In this document: positions 1 through 7,760 of the stretch, piece after piece
Position numbering within the stretch: the stretch's first letter is position 1
Layout of the letters: the number at the start of each line of letters is the position of its first letter
UHGV virus genome: UHGV-1357462
Direction: 5' to 3' (one strand)
From: a virus
Length of the DNA: 11,525 bases
Made by a program: the position numbers and the translations under genes
The notes under the pieces: model-generated
The model's database searches: none
What the model saw: only the letters and a program-made list of their open reading frames with translations
Told to the model about the DNA's origin: nothing

Positions 1-786
1 CTGATTGACTGTGCAGCCGAACCGACACAGTTTAACGGACGATCGCTGGTACAGATTGCGCAGGCGCTTGCTGCGCCTTTCGGCATTGAGGTGGTGAACA
101 ACAGTGCGCCGTCGGGTGTTATTCCTGATGTCCAGCCTGATCACGGCGAAACGGTGATTGAGGTGATCAACAAAATACTCGGTCAGCAGCAGGCACTGGC
201 TTACGACGACCCGCACGGCAGGCTGGTGATTGGCGGTATTGGCTCAACGCGGGCACATACCGCGCTGGTACTTGGGGAAAACATCCTTTCCTGTGATACG
301 GAGAAGAGTATCCGGGAGCGGTTTTCAGTTTACCAGGTGGCGGGGCAGCGTGCCGGAAACGACGATGATTTCGGTGAGGCCACCACCACCGCGCTGCGGG
401 CCCGCACAGAGGACGCATTTATTGCCCGTTACCGTCCGATGTATATCAGGCAGACAGGGCAGGCCACGGGGGCAGGCTGTATTGCCCGTGCGGACTTTGA
501 AGCCCGACAACGGGCGGCGCGGACGGATGAAACCACCTATGTGGTGCAGGGATGGCGACAGGGTAACGGTACGCTGTGGCAGCCCAACCAGCGGGTGATT
601 GTCTTCGATCCGGTCTGTGGTTTCGACAATACCGAACTGCTTGTCTCGGAAGTCACGTTTACTCAGGACCAGAACGGCACCCTGACGGAAATCCGTGTCG
701 GCCCACCTGATGCTTATCTGCCTGAACCCGAAGCCCCCGGCGCGCGGAAAAAGAAAAAAGCCAGAGTACAGGAGGACCCGTTCTGA
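1..786 (+). CDS. Baseplate hub / tail protein, P2 gpD (late control D) - Mu P-like; 5'-partial, the frame is open from position 1
   Basis: Frame 1 has no stop from nt 1 to the TGA at 784-786; the 91 start in the ORF track is a GTG inside a longer gene. Its position directly upstream of a gpV-like spike gene and its overlap with it (TGATG at 784-788) match the Mu P-Q / P2 D-V order. Family assignment is from recalled similarity, not a search. Confidence 0.6.
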   Translation: MIDCAAEPTQFNGRSLVQIAQALAAPFGIEVVNNSAPSGVIPDVQPDHGETVIEVINKILGQQQALAYDDPHGRLVIGGIGSTRAHTALVLGENILSCDTEKSIRERFSVYQVAGQRAGNDDDFGEATTTALRARTEDAFIARYRPMYIRQTGQATGAGCIARADFEARQRAARTDETTYVVQGWRQGNGTLWQPNQRVIVFDPVCGFDNTELLVSEVTFTQDQNGTLTEIRVGPPDAYLPEPEAPGARKKKKARVQEDPF

Positions 787-1334
787 TGAGGACGATTGAA
801 GCCATGCAGCGACAACTCCTCGGCCTGATTGGGCGGGCTGTGGTGAAAAGCATCAGTGCCGCCACGAAATGTCAGACCGTGGATGTGTCCCTGATTGCCG
901 GTGAACCCAAAGCCGGGGTTGAACATCTTGAACCCTACGGTTTTACCGCAAGGGCAAACAGCGGTGCGGAAGCGGTGGTGTTGTTTCCGGATGGCGACCG
1001 TTCTCATGCGGTGGTTGTTACGGTGTCGGACCGGCGCTACCGCCTGAAAGGGCTGCAGACGGGTGAGGTGGCTGTCTATGACGATCAGGGGCAGTCCGTG
1101 ACGCTGACCCGGGAGGGGATCGTGGTGGACGGTGCAGGTAAGACGATCACGTTTCGCAATGCGCCCAGAGCACGTTTTGAAATGGACCTGGAAGTGACCG
1201 GACAGGTGAAAGACCTGTGCGACTCCGGCGGCACCACCATGTCAGCGATGCGGCTTGCCTATAACGGGCATCGTCACAGAGAGAACGGTCAGGGCAGTAA
1301 CACCGATAAACCTGATAAAGCGATGGAGGCATGA
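786..1334 (+). CDS. Baseplate spike / assembly protein V-like (P2 gpV, Mu gp45)
   Basis: 182-codon ORF whose ATG at 786 overlaps the upstream stop; its size and position between the hub gene and the GP46/J genes fit the conserved baseplate order. Confidence 0.65.
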   Translation: MRTIEAMQRQLLGLIGRAVVKSISAATKCQTVDVSLIAGEPKAGVEHLEPYGFTARANSGAEAVVLFPDGDRSHAVVVTVSDRRYRLKGLQTGEVAVYDDQGQSVTLTREGIVVDGAGKTITFRNAPRARFEMDLEVTGQVKDLCDSGGTTMSAMRLAYNGHRHRENGQGSNTDKPDKAMEA

Positions 1335-1759
1335 TGGAACTGTGGCTGACGGTGAACGGTAAACGCACCTGCGCCAGCTCACCGCTGGATCCGCTGACCC
1401 GCGCCGTGGTGATTTCCCTGTTCACCTGGCGGCGGGCGGAGCCTGATGACAATGCCGACGTCCCGATGGGATGGTGGGGGGATACCTGGCCTGCGGTACA
1501 GAATGACCGTTACGGCTCCCGACTGTGGCTGCTTCAGCGCAGCAAACTGACCAATCAGCTGGTGCAGACGGTAAGGGGGTATATCCGCGAATGCCTGCAA
1601 TGGATGATTGATGACGGCGTGGTGTCCCGTATTGATCTGGATATCCGCCGCACCGGGATTAATGAGCTGGGTAACAGTATCACCCTCTGGCGTCGTGACG
1701 GACCGGTAATGATTTCTTTTGATGATCTGTGGAGTGCGATAACGCATGGCGGACAGTGA
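1331..1759 (+). CDS. Baseplate protein, phage GP46 family (Mu gp46-like)
   Basis: 142-codon ORF overlapping the upstream stop (ATGATGG). GGAGG at 1325-1329 is better spaced for the second ATG at 1334, so the true start may be 1334. Position between V-like and J-like genes. Confidence 0.55.
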   Translation: MMELWLTVNGKRTCASSPLDPLTRAVVISLFTWRRAEPDDNADVPMGWWGDTWPAVQNDRYGSRLWLLQRSKLTNQLVQTVRGYIRECLQWMIDDGVVSRIDLDIRRTGINELGNSITLWRRDGPVMISFDDLWSAITHGGQ

Positions 1760-2804
1760 ATTTCAGCGCCCGACGCTGGCAGAAAATATCAGTATGCTCC
1801 GTAACGATTTATTCGCCAGGCTGGACGTCAGCGACACGCTCCGGCGCATGGATGAAGACGTGCGGGCAAAGGTGTATGCGGCGGCGCTGCATACGGTTTA
1901 CGGGTACATCGATTATCTGGCAATGAACATGCTGCCTGACCTGTGCGATGAGTCCTGGCTGGCGCGACATGCTGCGATGAAACGGTGTCCGCGCAAGGGG
2001 GCCACGGCTGCCAGCGGGTATATGCGCTGGGAAGGTGTCAGCGATGGCCTGAAGGTGACTGCCGGGAGTGTTATTCAGCGCGATGACCTGGTTCAGTACA
2101 CGGCAACTGCCGATGCAACCAGCTCCGGTGGTGTCCTGCGCGTGCCGATCGCCTGCTCAAGTGCAGGCGCGGTCGGTAACGCTGACGACGGTACGTCATT
2201 AATCCTGGTCACGCCGGTTAATGGTCTGCCGTCTTCCGGCGTGGCAGATACCCTGACAGGTGGATTTGATACTGAAGAGCTGGAAACGTGGCGCGCCCGC
2301 GTCATTGAGCGATATTACTGGACGCCTCAGGGCGGGGCTGACGGGGACTATGTCGTCTGGGCTAAAGAAGTGCCCGGCATTACCCGCGCATGGACATACC
2401 GTCACTGGATGGGAACGGGAACTGTCGGTGTGATGATTGCCAGCAGTGACCTGATTAATCCCATTCCGGAAGAATCAACGGAAACGGCGGCAAGACAACA
2501 CATTGAGCCACTGGCCCCGGTGGCAGGCTCTGATTTGTATGTATTCAGGCCGGTGGCACATACGGTGGATTTTCATATCCGCGTGACGCCGGACACACCA
2601 GAAATACGGGCTGCCATTACCGCGGAGTTGCGTTCGTTCCTGCTGCGTGATGGTTATCCGCAGGGAGAACTGAAGGTATCGCGTATCAGTGAGGCGATTT
2701 CCGGTGCGAACGGGGAATACAGCCATCAGTTGCTTGCACCGGTGGACAATATCTCCATTGCGAAAAATGAGCTGGCGGTTCTGGGGACGATTTCATGGAC
2801 GTGA
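1746..2804 (+). CDS. Baseplate J-like protein (Mu gp47 / P2 gpJ family)
   Basis: 352-codon ORF whose ATG at 1746 overlaps the end of the previous gene (translational coupling). Size and conserved position match baseplate wedge protein J. Confidence 0.75.
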   Translation: MADSEFQRPTLAENISMLRNDLFARLDVSDTLRRMDEDVRAKVYAAALHTVYGYIDYLAMNMLPDLCDESWLARHAAMKRCPRKGATAASGYMRWEGVSDGLKVTAGSVIQRDDLVQYTATADATSSGGVLRVPIACSSAGAVGNADDGTSLILVTPVNGLPSSGVADTLTGGFDTEELETWRARVIERYYWTPQGGADGDYVVWAKEVPGITRAWTYRHWMGTGTVGVMIASSDLINPIPEESTETAARQHIEPLAPVAGSDLYVFRPVAHTVDFHIRVTPDTPEIRAAITAELRSFLLRDGYPQGELKVSRISEAISGANGEYSHQLLAPVDNISIAKNELAVLGTISWT

Positions 2805-3379
2805 CAAACGATGATTACATCCGCCTGTTATCGGCACTGTTGCCGCCCGGTCCTGCATGGTCAGCCAGCGATCCGGCGATTGCCGGTGCGGCACCTTCAT
2901 TAACCCGCGTTCATCAGCGTGCGGATGCTCTGATGCGGGAGCTTGATCCGCGCACCACCACCGAGCTGATAAATCGCTGGGAGCGTCTGTGTGGCCTGCC
3001 GGATGAATGTATTCCCGCAGGGACACAGACCCTTCGCCAGCGTCAGCAACGGCTGGATGCGAAGGTTAACCTGGCGGGTGGCATCAACGAGGATTTTTAT
3101 CTTGCACAGCTTGCTGCCCTGGGCAGACCAGATGCCACCATCACGCGATACGACAAAAGCACGTTCACCTGCTCATCGGCCTGTACTGACGCTGTGAATG
3201 CGCCGGAATGGCGGTATTACTGGCAGGTCAACATGCCAGCCGCCACCAACACCACCTGGATGACATGTGGCGATCCCTGTGATTCCGCGCTGCGTATCTG
3301 GGGCGACACCGTTGTCGAGTGTGTGCTTAACAAACTCTGCCCGTCGCATACCTACGTAATTTTTAAATATCCGGAGTAA
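2795..3379 (+). CDS. Tail/baseplate protein, Mu gp48 / e14 YmfQ-like (DUF2313-type)
   Basis: 194-codon ORF overlapping baseplate J by 10 nt, located immediately before the tail-fibre gene as in Mu and e14; has the N-terminal LLPPGPAW segment I associate with this family. Confidence 0.55.
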   Translation: MDVTNDDYIRLLSALLPPGPAWSASDPAIAGAAPSLTRVHQRADALMRELDPRTTTELINRWERLCGLPDECIPAGTQTLRQRQQRLDAKVNLAGGINEDFYLAQLAALGRPDATITRYDKSTFTCSSACTDAVNAPEWRYYWQVNMPAATNTTWMTCGDPCDSALRIWGDTVVECVLNKLCPSHTYVIFKYPE

Positions 3380-3382
3380 TCC

Positions 3383-4129
3383 ATGCATCGTATAGACACG
3401 AAAACCGCGCAGAAGGATAAGTTCGGCGCGGGTAAGAACGGTTTTACCCGTGGTAACCCCCAGACAGGCACGCCTGCCACCGATCTGGATGATGACTACT
3501 TTGACATGTTGCAGGAAGAACTCTGCAGCGTGGTGGAGGCATCCGGTGCCAGTCTGGAGAAGGCGCGGCACGACCAACTGCTTACCGCGCTTCGTGCGCT
3601 GCTGTTAAGCCGCAAGAATCCGTTTGGCGATATCAAATCGGATGGCACGGTGAAAACGGCTCTCGAAAACCTTGGTTTGGGAGAAGGTGCTCCAGCTATT
3701 GGCGTTCCGTTCTTCTGGCCGTCCGCTGCAATGCCAAATACTGTAATCGACAGCTGGTCCAGTATGGTGTTTTTGAAGTTCAACGGCGCGAAATTCTCTG
3801 CCACTGATTATCCTGTGCTGGCGAAAGTGTTTCCTTCGCTGGTATTACCTGAAGCCCGCGGTGATTTCATTCGTATCTGGGATGACGGGCGAGGTGCAGA
3901 CGGTGGTCGCGAATTATTAAGCTGGCAGGAAGCTACAAACTTTTCTCAGTTTGCCGGGAATATAGGCGGAGGTGCGGGACACGCAATTAACTTTCATGAT
4001 GGCATCGCCGGAAATCAGCCAGGATTTTCACGATTTAATTTCACCAGTAACTCTGTGGGTGATGGTGTGAATTTTGTTGCTGTCAGACCGCGAAATATTG
4101 CATTTAACTTTCTGGTGAGGGCTAAATAA
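3383..4129 (+). CDS. Tail fibre protein: constant N-terminal part (3383-3672) fused to the currently expressed variable C-terminal part (3673-4129)
   Basis: GGAGT RBS at 3372-3376 and ATG at 3383. A 26-bp invertase crossover site lies inside the gene at 3660-3685. The stop TAA overlaps the ATG of the downstream assembly gene. The N-terminus resembles e14/Mu-type side tail fibre proteins. Confidence 0.8.
   Translation: MHRIDTKTAQKDKFGAGKNGFTRGNPQTGTPATDLDDDYFDMLQEELCSVVEASGASLEKARHDQLLTALRALLLSRKNPFGDIKSDGTVKTALENLGLGEGAPAIGVPFFWPSAAMPNTVIDSWSSMVFLKFNGAKFSATDYPVLAKVFPSLVLPEARGDFIRIWDDGRGADGGRELLSWQEATNFSQFAGNIGGGAGHAINFHDGIAGNQPGFSRFNFTSNSVGDGVNFVAVRPRNIAFNFLVRAK
3660..3685. repeat. Invertase crossover site (pix/gix-like), left copy, inside the tail-fibre gene
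   Basis: TTCTCGAAAACC-TT-GGTTTGGGAGAA: two imperfect 12-bp half-sites around a 2-bp core. 3672-3686 is a perfect 15-bp inverted repeat of 5464-5478, and 22 of 26 positions match the inverted right-hand site. Confidence 0.7.
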
Positions 4130-4722
4130 TGAAACCTGTTTTTGATGAAAATGGGCTGGCTACAGTGCCGGGCGATATGCGTTGTTTTTATTATGATGCT
4201 GAAACATCTGAGTATACGGGCTGGTCTGATGAATATATTAATACTGGCGTAAGTATGCCCGCCTGTTCCACTGGTATTGACCCGGGCGAAAACATTCCGG
4301 GGAAAGTGGCAGTATTTACGGGTAAGGGATGGAGCCATGAAGAAGACCATCGCAATGAGACTGTTTACTCAACAGAAAATGGCGCAGCTGTTACAGTGGA
4401 TTATATCGGTGCCATCAAAGACGGTTATGTCACGCTTTCACCGTTAACGCCATACGATAAATGGGATGGTGAGAAATGGGTGACGGATACCGAGGCACAG
4501 CATAGCGCCGCAGTAGACGCGGCAGAAGCACAACGTCAGTCACTGATTGATACTGCAATGGCTTCCATTAGTCTGATTCAACTGAAATTGCAGGCCGGAC
4601 GGAAACTGACGCAGGCAGAAACAACCCGACTTAACGCCGTGCTGGATTACATTGACGCGGTGACGGTAACAGATACCAGCACCGCGCCGGATATCATCTG
4701 GCCTGAACTGCCGGAGGCGTAG
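4129..4722 (+). CDS. Tail fibre assembly protein (Tfa / Mu U-like)
   Basis: 197-codon ORF whose start overlaps the tail-fibre stop (TAATG). Its 3' end overlaps the convergent tfa' gene; the C-terminal motif ...TSTAPDIIWPELP mirrors ...TSSAPDIEWPTPP in the - strand paralogue. Confidence 0.75.
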   Translation: MKPVFDENGLATVPGDMRCFYYDAETSEYTGWSDEYINTGVSMPACSTGIDPGENIPGKVAVFTGKGWSHEEDHRNETVYSTENGAAVTVDYIGAIKDGYVTLSPLTPYDKWDGEKWVTDTEAQHSAAVDAAEAQRQSLIDTAMASISLIQLKLQAGRKLTQAETTRLNAVLDYIDAVTVTDTSTAPDIIWPELPEA

Positions 4723-5113
4723 GCCATTCAATATCTGGCGCACTGGAAGTATCGACCAGCTCCAGTGCGTCCAGATAATCCAGCCACAAATTATATTGCG
4801 CCAGTTCCTCACCTTTCAGACGACCAATAGCCGCTTTACCAGGCCATTGCCTGCTGTTCATGTGCTCGTTGGCTTCATTAATAAGTTTTCCTTTTTTCAA
4901 CTCTGCCAATGCAATAAGGTTTTCTTTTGATAAAGGTGGTTGCTCTGTCAAAACCGGATATCCCTCCTGATTGCTGACTATTTTCATGCCATTATCCTGA
5001 CCATCCAGTAGTGACAGCCATTCATCCGTGGTTATCTCAACAGCATCTGAAGGTGCTTTATTTAAATCGGTAAAAAAACCATTTTCTTTTTGTGAATAGA
5101 AGTATCTGTCCAT
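4694..5113 (-). CDS. Alternative tail fibre assembly protein (Tfa' / U'-like), silent in this orientation
   Basis: 139-codon ORF on the - strand, convergent with and overlapping the + strand tfa by 29 nt. It shares the C-terminal motif with the + strand Tfa and lies 3 nt downstream of the alternative fibre-tip ORF. Confidence 0.7.
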   Translation of the reverse strand: MDRYFYSQKENGFFTDLNKAPSDAVEITTDEWLSLLDGQDNGMKIVSNQEGYPVLTEQPPLSKENLIALAELKKGKLINEANEHMNSRQWPGKAAIGRLKGEELAQYNLWLDYLDALELVDTSSAPDIEWPTPPAVQAR

Positions 5114-5116
5114 TTA

Positions 5117-5518
5117 TCAATCTCCAAAAGCAATCCAGTAAGCAAAAGGATTTATTCCTTGCTCAGTCACAGATGACATCAGGGAAAATTGCGATGGTGA
5201 AACAGGTAATGCTGCAAAACTAACCATTGTTGACACACCTGACCGTGCATTATCGTACGATGCAACAACACAATAATTGGTATTGCTGAAAGATATCGGC
5301 AGGGTGATATTTACAGGTGAGCCTAATGGCCCTGATGCTGATATTCCCATTTGAATGATGGTTCCATCAGGCAATTTTCTCCAGCGATTAGAACTCGGAT
5401 TTCTTTTCCAGGCTGACATATCCGGTATCTGATTTTCTCCTGTGCCTACATCCCTTTTCGCCGCTTCTCCCAAACCAACGTTTATGAAAATGCAGAAATA
5501 ACGAGCAAATGGCATCAT
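5117..5518 (-). CDS. Alternative tail-fibre variable C-terminal segment (Sv'-like), lacking its own start in this orientation
   Basis: The - strand ORF spans the right crossover site. The encoded NVGLGEAAK across the site parallels NLGLGEGA at the left site in the expressed fibre. The ATG at 5518 lies outside the invertible segment and is probably not a real start; functional coding would be 5477 down to 5117 after inversion. Confidence 0.6.
   Translation of the reverse strand: MMPFARYFCIFINVGLGEAAKRDVGTGENQIPDMSAWKRNPSSNRWRKLPDGTIIQMGISASGPLGSPVNITLPISFSNTNYCVVASYDNARSGVSTMVSFAALPVSPSQFSLMSSVTEQGINPFAYWIAFGD
5465..5490. repeat. Invertase crossover site (pix/gix-like), right copy, just upstream of the invertase gene
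   Basis: TTCTCCCAAACC-AA-CGTTTATGAAAA: same 12-2-12 architecture as Hin/Gin/Cin/Pin sites, in inverted orientation relative to 3660-3685, with the core AA versus TT. Confidence 0.7.
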
Positions 5519-5544
5519 TCCTGCTTTTGTCAGGGAGATCTACC

Positions 5545-5901
5545 ATGCTTATTGGCTATGTACGTGTGTCAACAAATGACCAGAACACAGATCTACAGCG
5601 TAATGCGCTGAACTGTGCAGGATGCGAGCTGATTTTTGAAGACAAGATAAGCGGTACAAAGTCTGAAAGGCCGGGACTGAAAAAACTGCTCAGGACATTA
5701 TCGGAAGGTGACACTCTGGTTGTCTGGAAGCTGGATCGGCTGGGGCGTAGTATGCGGCATCTGGTCATTCTGGTTGAGGAGTTGCGCGAACGTGGCGTTA
5801 ATTTTCGCAGCCTAACGGATGCTATTGATATCAGCACGTCGATGGGGCGTTTTTTCTTTTATGTGATGGGGGCCTTGGCTGAAATTGAGTTTCAGGATTA
5901 A
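5545..5901 (+). pseudogene. pin: Pin/Gin/Hin-family serine DNA invertase, truncated: catalytic domain only, C-terminal HTH DNA-binding domain missing
   Basis: Starts MLIGYVRVSTNDQ (active-site Ser region) with AGGGAG upstream. Recalled similarity to e14 PinE runs to about codon 115 (…GALAEIE), then the frame ends after FQD at 5899-5901. Full-length invertases are about 185-190 aa. Neither of the other two frames downstream encodes a recognisable invertase C-terminus. Confidence 0.6.
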
Positions 5902-6061
5902 GCGATATCGTACTCACCCTTGGTCCCACCTAATAAATCTGAAGAACGGAAGCGCTGCCAGATGATGGTGGTGGCTACAATTATTCACACTCAATCTTCG
6001 GAGCAATCACGTACATCATAATGATGTTAGGAATACGGAGTTTAATGACTGTCCAGTGATG

Positions 6062-6091
6062 TAAAAAGAAACCCCGGCGTAGTAGCCGAGG
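6062..6091 (-). terminator. Rho-independent terminator downstream of the peptidase gene
   Basis: On the - strand: CCTCGGC-TACTAC-GCCGGGG (7-bp GC-rich stem with one G-U pair, 6-nt loop) followed by TTTCTTTTT, beginning about 25 nt after the stop. Confidence 0.55.
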
Positions 6092-6114
6092 TCCTCAATC
6101 AGAAACTACAATAT

Positions 6115-7119
6115 TCACTGAGTGCCTTCATCTGGTTGCTCTGCTGGTAAGGTTCCAGCCTCTTCTTCAGTTTCCGCATGTTTTCCATCGCCTCCCTGGA
6201 CAGGTTCATCCCTTGGCGGTTCTGCTCTTCCTGAATTTTGGTCAGAGATTTCATCTCCTTCCTGAATTCTGCTGTTGTCATGGGAATCTTCCTCTGCGTT
6301 AGTTGTTTCATATTGTTTTTTAGGAGTTAAATCTTTAATCATCGGTTTGTCGAAGATAGAGATTTCGCCTGACGAAATCATTTCACCAAGAACTTCGTAC
6401 AGGTTGGCTGCAAAATCTGTAGGACTCTCAACATGGTTGAATAGTTCCCTCGCCTCTTTACGGTCTATCACAAAACCATGGGCTGGATATCCAGCGATCA
6501 ACTTGCCTAATGAGCTTTCCTTAAGATTTTTCGAGTGACTATTCAAACGTTCCCCATAGGAAAGCGCTATGTTCATTGCTCGCTGATGCTCCCCGAGTTT
6601 GATAGGGTCTATCTGTGAGGCCATCGGCGATATGATTGCTTCAGTAAGCTTAGCAGCAATATCTGCAGACATCTTTGTGCTAATTTGGTTTCTGTACTTT
6701 ATATCAAGTACGTATGATCTAAAGGTCGAAATAGCGCACTCTTTTATTTCATCAATCGCCGTTGCGATAACAAGGCCCGAGCTCAATTCGCCGATCTCAT
6801 CATTTTTCTTAAGTTGGATATCTAGAGGGCCAAGCTCACCCATATCACCAATCACGAGCTTATGAGCGGCGACAGCCATCAATGTTCCAGCACTTTTGCA
6901 AGGGCCAACAACTAGAACGGTGATGTGCTCATAGTTGTGTTGCAAAGCGCGGCCAATTCTATATCCTGCGCTGGGATCACCGCCATAGGTAGCGACGCAA
7001 AAAAGAACATTTTTTTGTAAACCATGGTTAGTTTTTCTTTCTTTAATCGCTTTGGTGATGTCGTGATGACCAGAGCGGTGAACATCGCCTATGTATACGT
7101 AAACGTCTGTATCTTGCAT
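6115..7119 (-). CDS. ClpP/crotonase-fold serine peptidase (ClpP / S49 / SDH-like) with a long acidic C-terminal tail
   Basis: 334-codon ORF with AGGGA RBS. By eye the core aligns to ClpP: VATYGGDPSAGYRIGRALQ vs INSPGGVITAGMSIYDTMQ, and ITVLVVGPCKSAGTLMAVAAH vs [21 protein letters not shown], placing a Ser at the nucleophile position. The last 60 or so residues are D/E/G/P-rich. No His at the ClpP His position, so possibly a Ser-Lys dyad. Confidence 0.55.
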   Translation of the reverse strand: MQDTDVYVYIGDVHRSGHHDITKAIKERKTNHGLQKNVLFCVATYGGDPSAGYRIGRALQHNYEHITVLVVGPCKSAGTLMAVAAHKLVIGDMGELGPLDIQLKKNDEIGELSSGLVIATAIDEIKECAISTFRSYVLDIKYRNQISTKMSADIAAKLTEAIISPMASQIDPIKLGEHQRAMNIALSYGERLNSHSKNLKESSLGKLIAGYPAHGFVIDRKEARELFNHVESPTDFAANLYEVLGEMISSGEISIFDKPMIKDLTPKKQYETTNAEEDSHDNSRIQEGDEISDQNSGRAEPPRDEPVQGGDGKHAETEEEAGTLPAEQPDEGTQ

Positions 7120-7427
7120 TTTAATCCCTATGAATAAAATGGTTGAATTTAATGCTGTTCCTCAGCCAAAGCACTGTATCGATAACCAAAATACCTCAGA
7201 TTTGTCGAGAAAACTATCTGGAAAATTAGGCTAACTCTTTGAATCTTCGGAATGCAAAAAAGATAATTTCTCTGGATGGGCGCTAAGTTGATGTGTAAGT
7301 ATGACGGTTAGAACGGTCTCGGAAACCGCAGGCACGTCGTATGCAAGAACGTGCTGCGGCTGGCTGGCGAACTTTCGATAGTGCGAGTATTGAATGATTT
7401 CCAGCCGTTACCGATTTTACGTGTTAA

Positions 7428-7676
7428 TTAGTGAACAAACCACTCGTCAGCAGATTCCCAGGTATCTTTCAGAGTCTCCTGAACAAAAGTTTTTGCAGAA
7501 TCCTTATCTGCGGTGCGTGTAACAGAAAGGCCATCGTTGCTGGTGGCTTTTACGATCACCTCTACATCGTCATAACGTTTACTGATGCGTCGGGTTAATT
7601 CTTCCTTTAACGCATCCACAGCACCGGTTGGCATTTTAGTCATTTTTTCTTTGGCTATGCAGATTTCAATACGCAT
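7428..7676 (-). CDS. dinI: DinI-family SOS-response protein (prophage-borne DinI homologue)
   Basis: 82 codons starting MRIEICIAK and ending …[17 protein letters not shown], closely matching recalled E. coli DinI (MRIEVTIAK…QETWESADDWFV). AGAGGGA RBS, and two LexA boxes in its promoter. Confidence 0.8.
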   Translation of the reverse strand: MRIEICIAKEKMTKMPTGAVDALKEELTRRISKRYDDVEVIVKATSNDGLSVTRTADKDSAKTFVQETLKDTWESADEWFVH

Positions 7677-7689
7677 AAAAGTCCCTCTA

Positions 7690-7709
7690 CACTGTGTTTG
7701 TATACAGTA
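7690..7709 (-). promoter_or_regulatory. LexA (SOS) box, promoter-proximal
   Basis: - strand TACTGTATACAAACACAGTG, i.e. CTGT-N8-ACAG with flanking TA, close to the consensus TACTGT(AT)4ACAGTA; about 14 nt upstream of the dinI-like start and overlapping the predicted transcript start region. Confidence 0.7.
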
Positions 7710-7712
7710 TTA

Positions 7713-7741
7713 TTTTTAACTGTATGAATAAACAGTGTCAA
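7713..7741 (-). promoter_or_regulatory. Sigma70-type promoter for the dinI-like gene
   Basis: - strand TTGACA (7741-7736), 17-nt spacer, TAAAAA (7718-7713). Perfect -35 and acceptable -10, with both LexA boxes placed for repression. Confidence 0.5.
7718..7737 (-). promoter_or_regulatory. Second LexA (SOS) box, in the -35/-10 spacer
   Basis: - strand CACTGTTTATTCATACAGTT, CTGT-N8-ACAG, immediately abutting the -35 hexamer. Confidence 0.65.
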
Positions 7742-7760
7742 TAGAACAAAGATTGCTGCA

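Larger units (their letters stand above)
3673..5477. other. Invertible host-range segment (Mu G / e14 P-segment type) with two alternative fibre-tip plus assembly gene sets
   Basis: Bounded by the inverted crossover sites at 3660-3685 and 5465-5490. Contains convergent gene pairs (+ fibre tip and tfa; - tfa' and fibre tip'). nt 3673 is a third codon position in the fibre gene and nt 5477 is a third codon position in the - strand ORF, so inversion would keep the constant part in frame with the alternative tip. Confidence 0.65.

Noticed and set aside
746-762. A-rich tract GGAAAAAGAAAAAAGCC at the 3' end of the hub gene as a possible programmed-frameshift or slippage site.
   Set aside because: It encodes a Lys run 8 codons before the stop, and no alternative-frame extension of meaningful length follows; it is unlikely to be functional.
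167-3577. Many ORFs of 60-140 codons antisense to or out of frame with the baseplate and tail genes (e.g. 167-418 -, 230-598 +, 714-1007 -, 1147-1452 -, 1379-1747 -, 2093-2305 -, 2793-3026 -, 3173-3577 -).
   Set aside because: They lie inside long, translationally coupled genes in GC-rich DNA where shadow ORFs are expected; their translations are Arg/Pro/Cys-rich and lack RBSs.
5509-5544. 12-codon N-terminal extension of the invertase ORF (MASFLLLSGRST) from the ORF track.
   Set aside because: It overlaps the crossover-site region; the conserved invertase N-terminus MLIGYVRVST begins at 5545, which has the better-placed AGGGAG RBS.
6099-6865. ORFs overlapping the peptidase gene (6099-6311 -, 6275-6538 +, 6599-6865 +); the first could suggest a frameshift or embedded gene.
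   Set aside because: The peptidase frame is continuous from 7119 to 6115. The 70-aa K/R/E-rich ORF is the shifted reading of the GAA/GAG/GAT-rich acidic tail, and the + strand ORFs are antisense.
7326-7359. Hairpin (10-bp stem with one bulge, 13-nt loop) downstream of the dinI-like stop as an intrinsic terminator.
   Set aside because: On the - strand it is followed by only TTTCC, so it is weak as a rho-independent terminator; it may be a partial terminator or processing site.
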